Shown: positions 63,700 to 64,000 of the stretch, in pieces
Numbering within the stretch: position 1 is the first letter of the stretch
How the letters are laid out: each line of letters starts with the position of its first letter
Assembly (NCBI GenBank): GCA_028534125.1
Contig: CM052850.1
Span: forward strand, 26,598,001 to 26,662,000
Direction of reading: 5' to 3'
Source: Lama glama
Taxonomy: Eukaryota
Length of the DNA: 64,000 nt
The notes under the pieces: model-generated
Database searches by the model: none
What the model saw: only the letters and a program-made list of their open reading frames with translations
Told to the model about the DNA's origin: nothing
Translations under genes and position numbers: made by a program

Positions 63700-64000
63700 G
63701 GCGCCGGCGGGGGAGGCGGTGGGGCAGTCGAGGGGCGGGGCGGGCGGCTCGGGCCCCGGAACGCAACCCGCGCGGGTGCGGGCGCCAACCGAGCCGCGGA
63801 CCGCCGGAAGAGGGCGCACCGCGCGGGTGCACTTCCGGCGGCCCAGCCCCCGACGCGCCGCGCGCTCAACTCCTGGGGCCGAAGCGGCGGAGGTGGGGCT
63901 GCGGAGGTGGGGCGGCGGAGCTCCAGGTAACCGCTTCACGCAGTTGCCACGAGTGTGTAAGTGGTACTACCCGCACCCTAACTCCATGGCGGTGACACGC
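63080..64000. promoter_or_regulatory. CpG island; VPS9D1 promoter, probably bidirectional with ZNF276 (its CDS lies beyond the window)
   Basis: Very CpG-rich, with ETS CACTTCCGG at ~63830 and a + strand donor-like CAG|GTAACC at ~63926. The ZNF276 assignment rests on synteny only. Confidence 0.7.

Noticed and set aside
63700-64000. ZNF276 coding sequence
   Set aside because: No recognisable ZNF276 peptide in the window; only promoter or possible 5' UTR.

Overview
GC-rich mammalian genomic DNA, not prokaryotic. Several tRNA-Ala-derived SINEs with camelid-like structure suggest camel, alpaca or llama. The window holds the conserved gene block syntenic to human 16q24.3. Six complete, intact spliced genes were reconstructed by hand from GT-AG boundaries and reading-frame continuity: DPEP1 (+, 410 aa), CHMP1A (-, 196 aa), SPATA33 (+, 125 aa), CDK10 (+, 363 aa), SPATA2L (-, 412 aa) and VPS9D1 (-, 684 aa). 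The right edge ends in the VPS9D1 CpG-island promoter, probably shared with ZNF276. The first ~17 kb is non-coding: old L1/MaLR repeats and candidate DPEP1 regulatory modules. I found no convincing new biological system. The best leads are a U12 minor-spliceosome intron and an apparent stop-loss C-terminal extension in VPS9D1, closure of the alternative 'PRSM1' frame of CHMP1A, a duplicated purine-rich acceptor at CDK10 exon 4, interlocked CDK10/SPATA2L poly(A) signals, repeated RFX X-boxes across the locus, and a possible divergent lncRNA antisense to the VPS9D1 3' UTR. Comparisons to human, mouse or pig proteins are from memory and need alignment to confirm.
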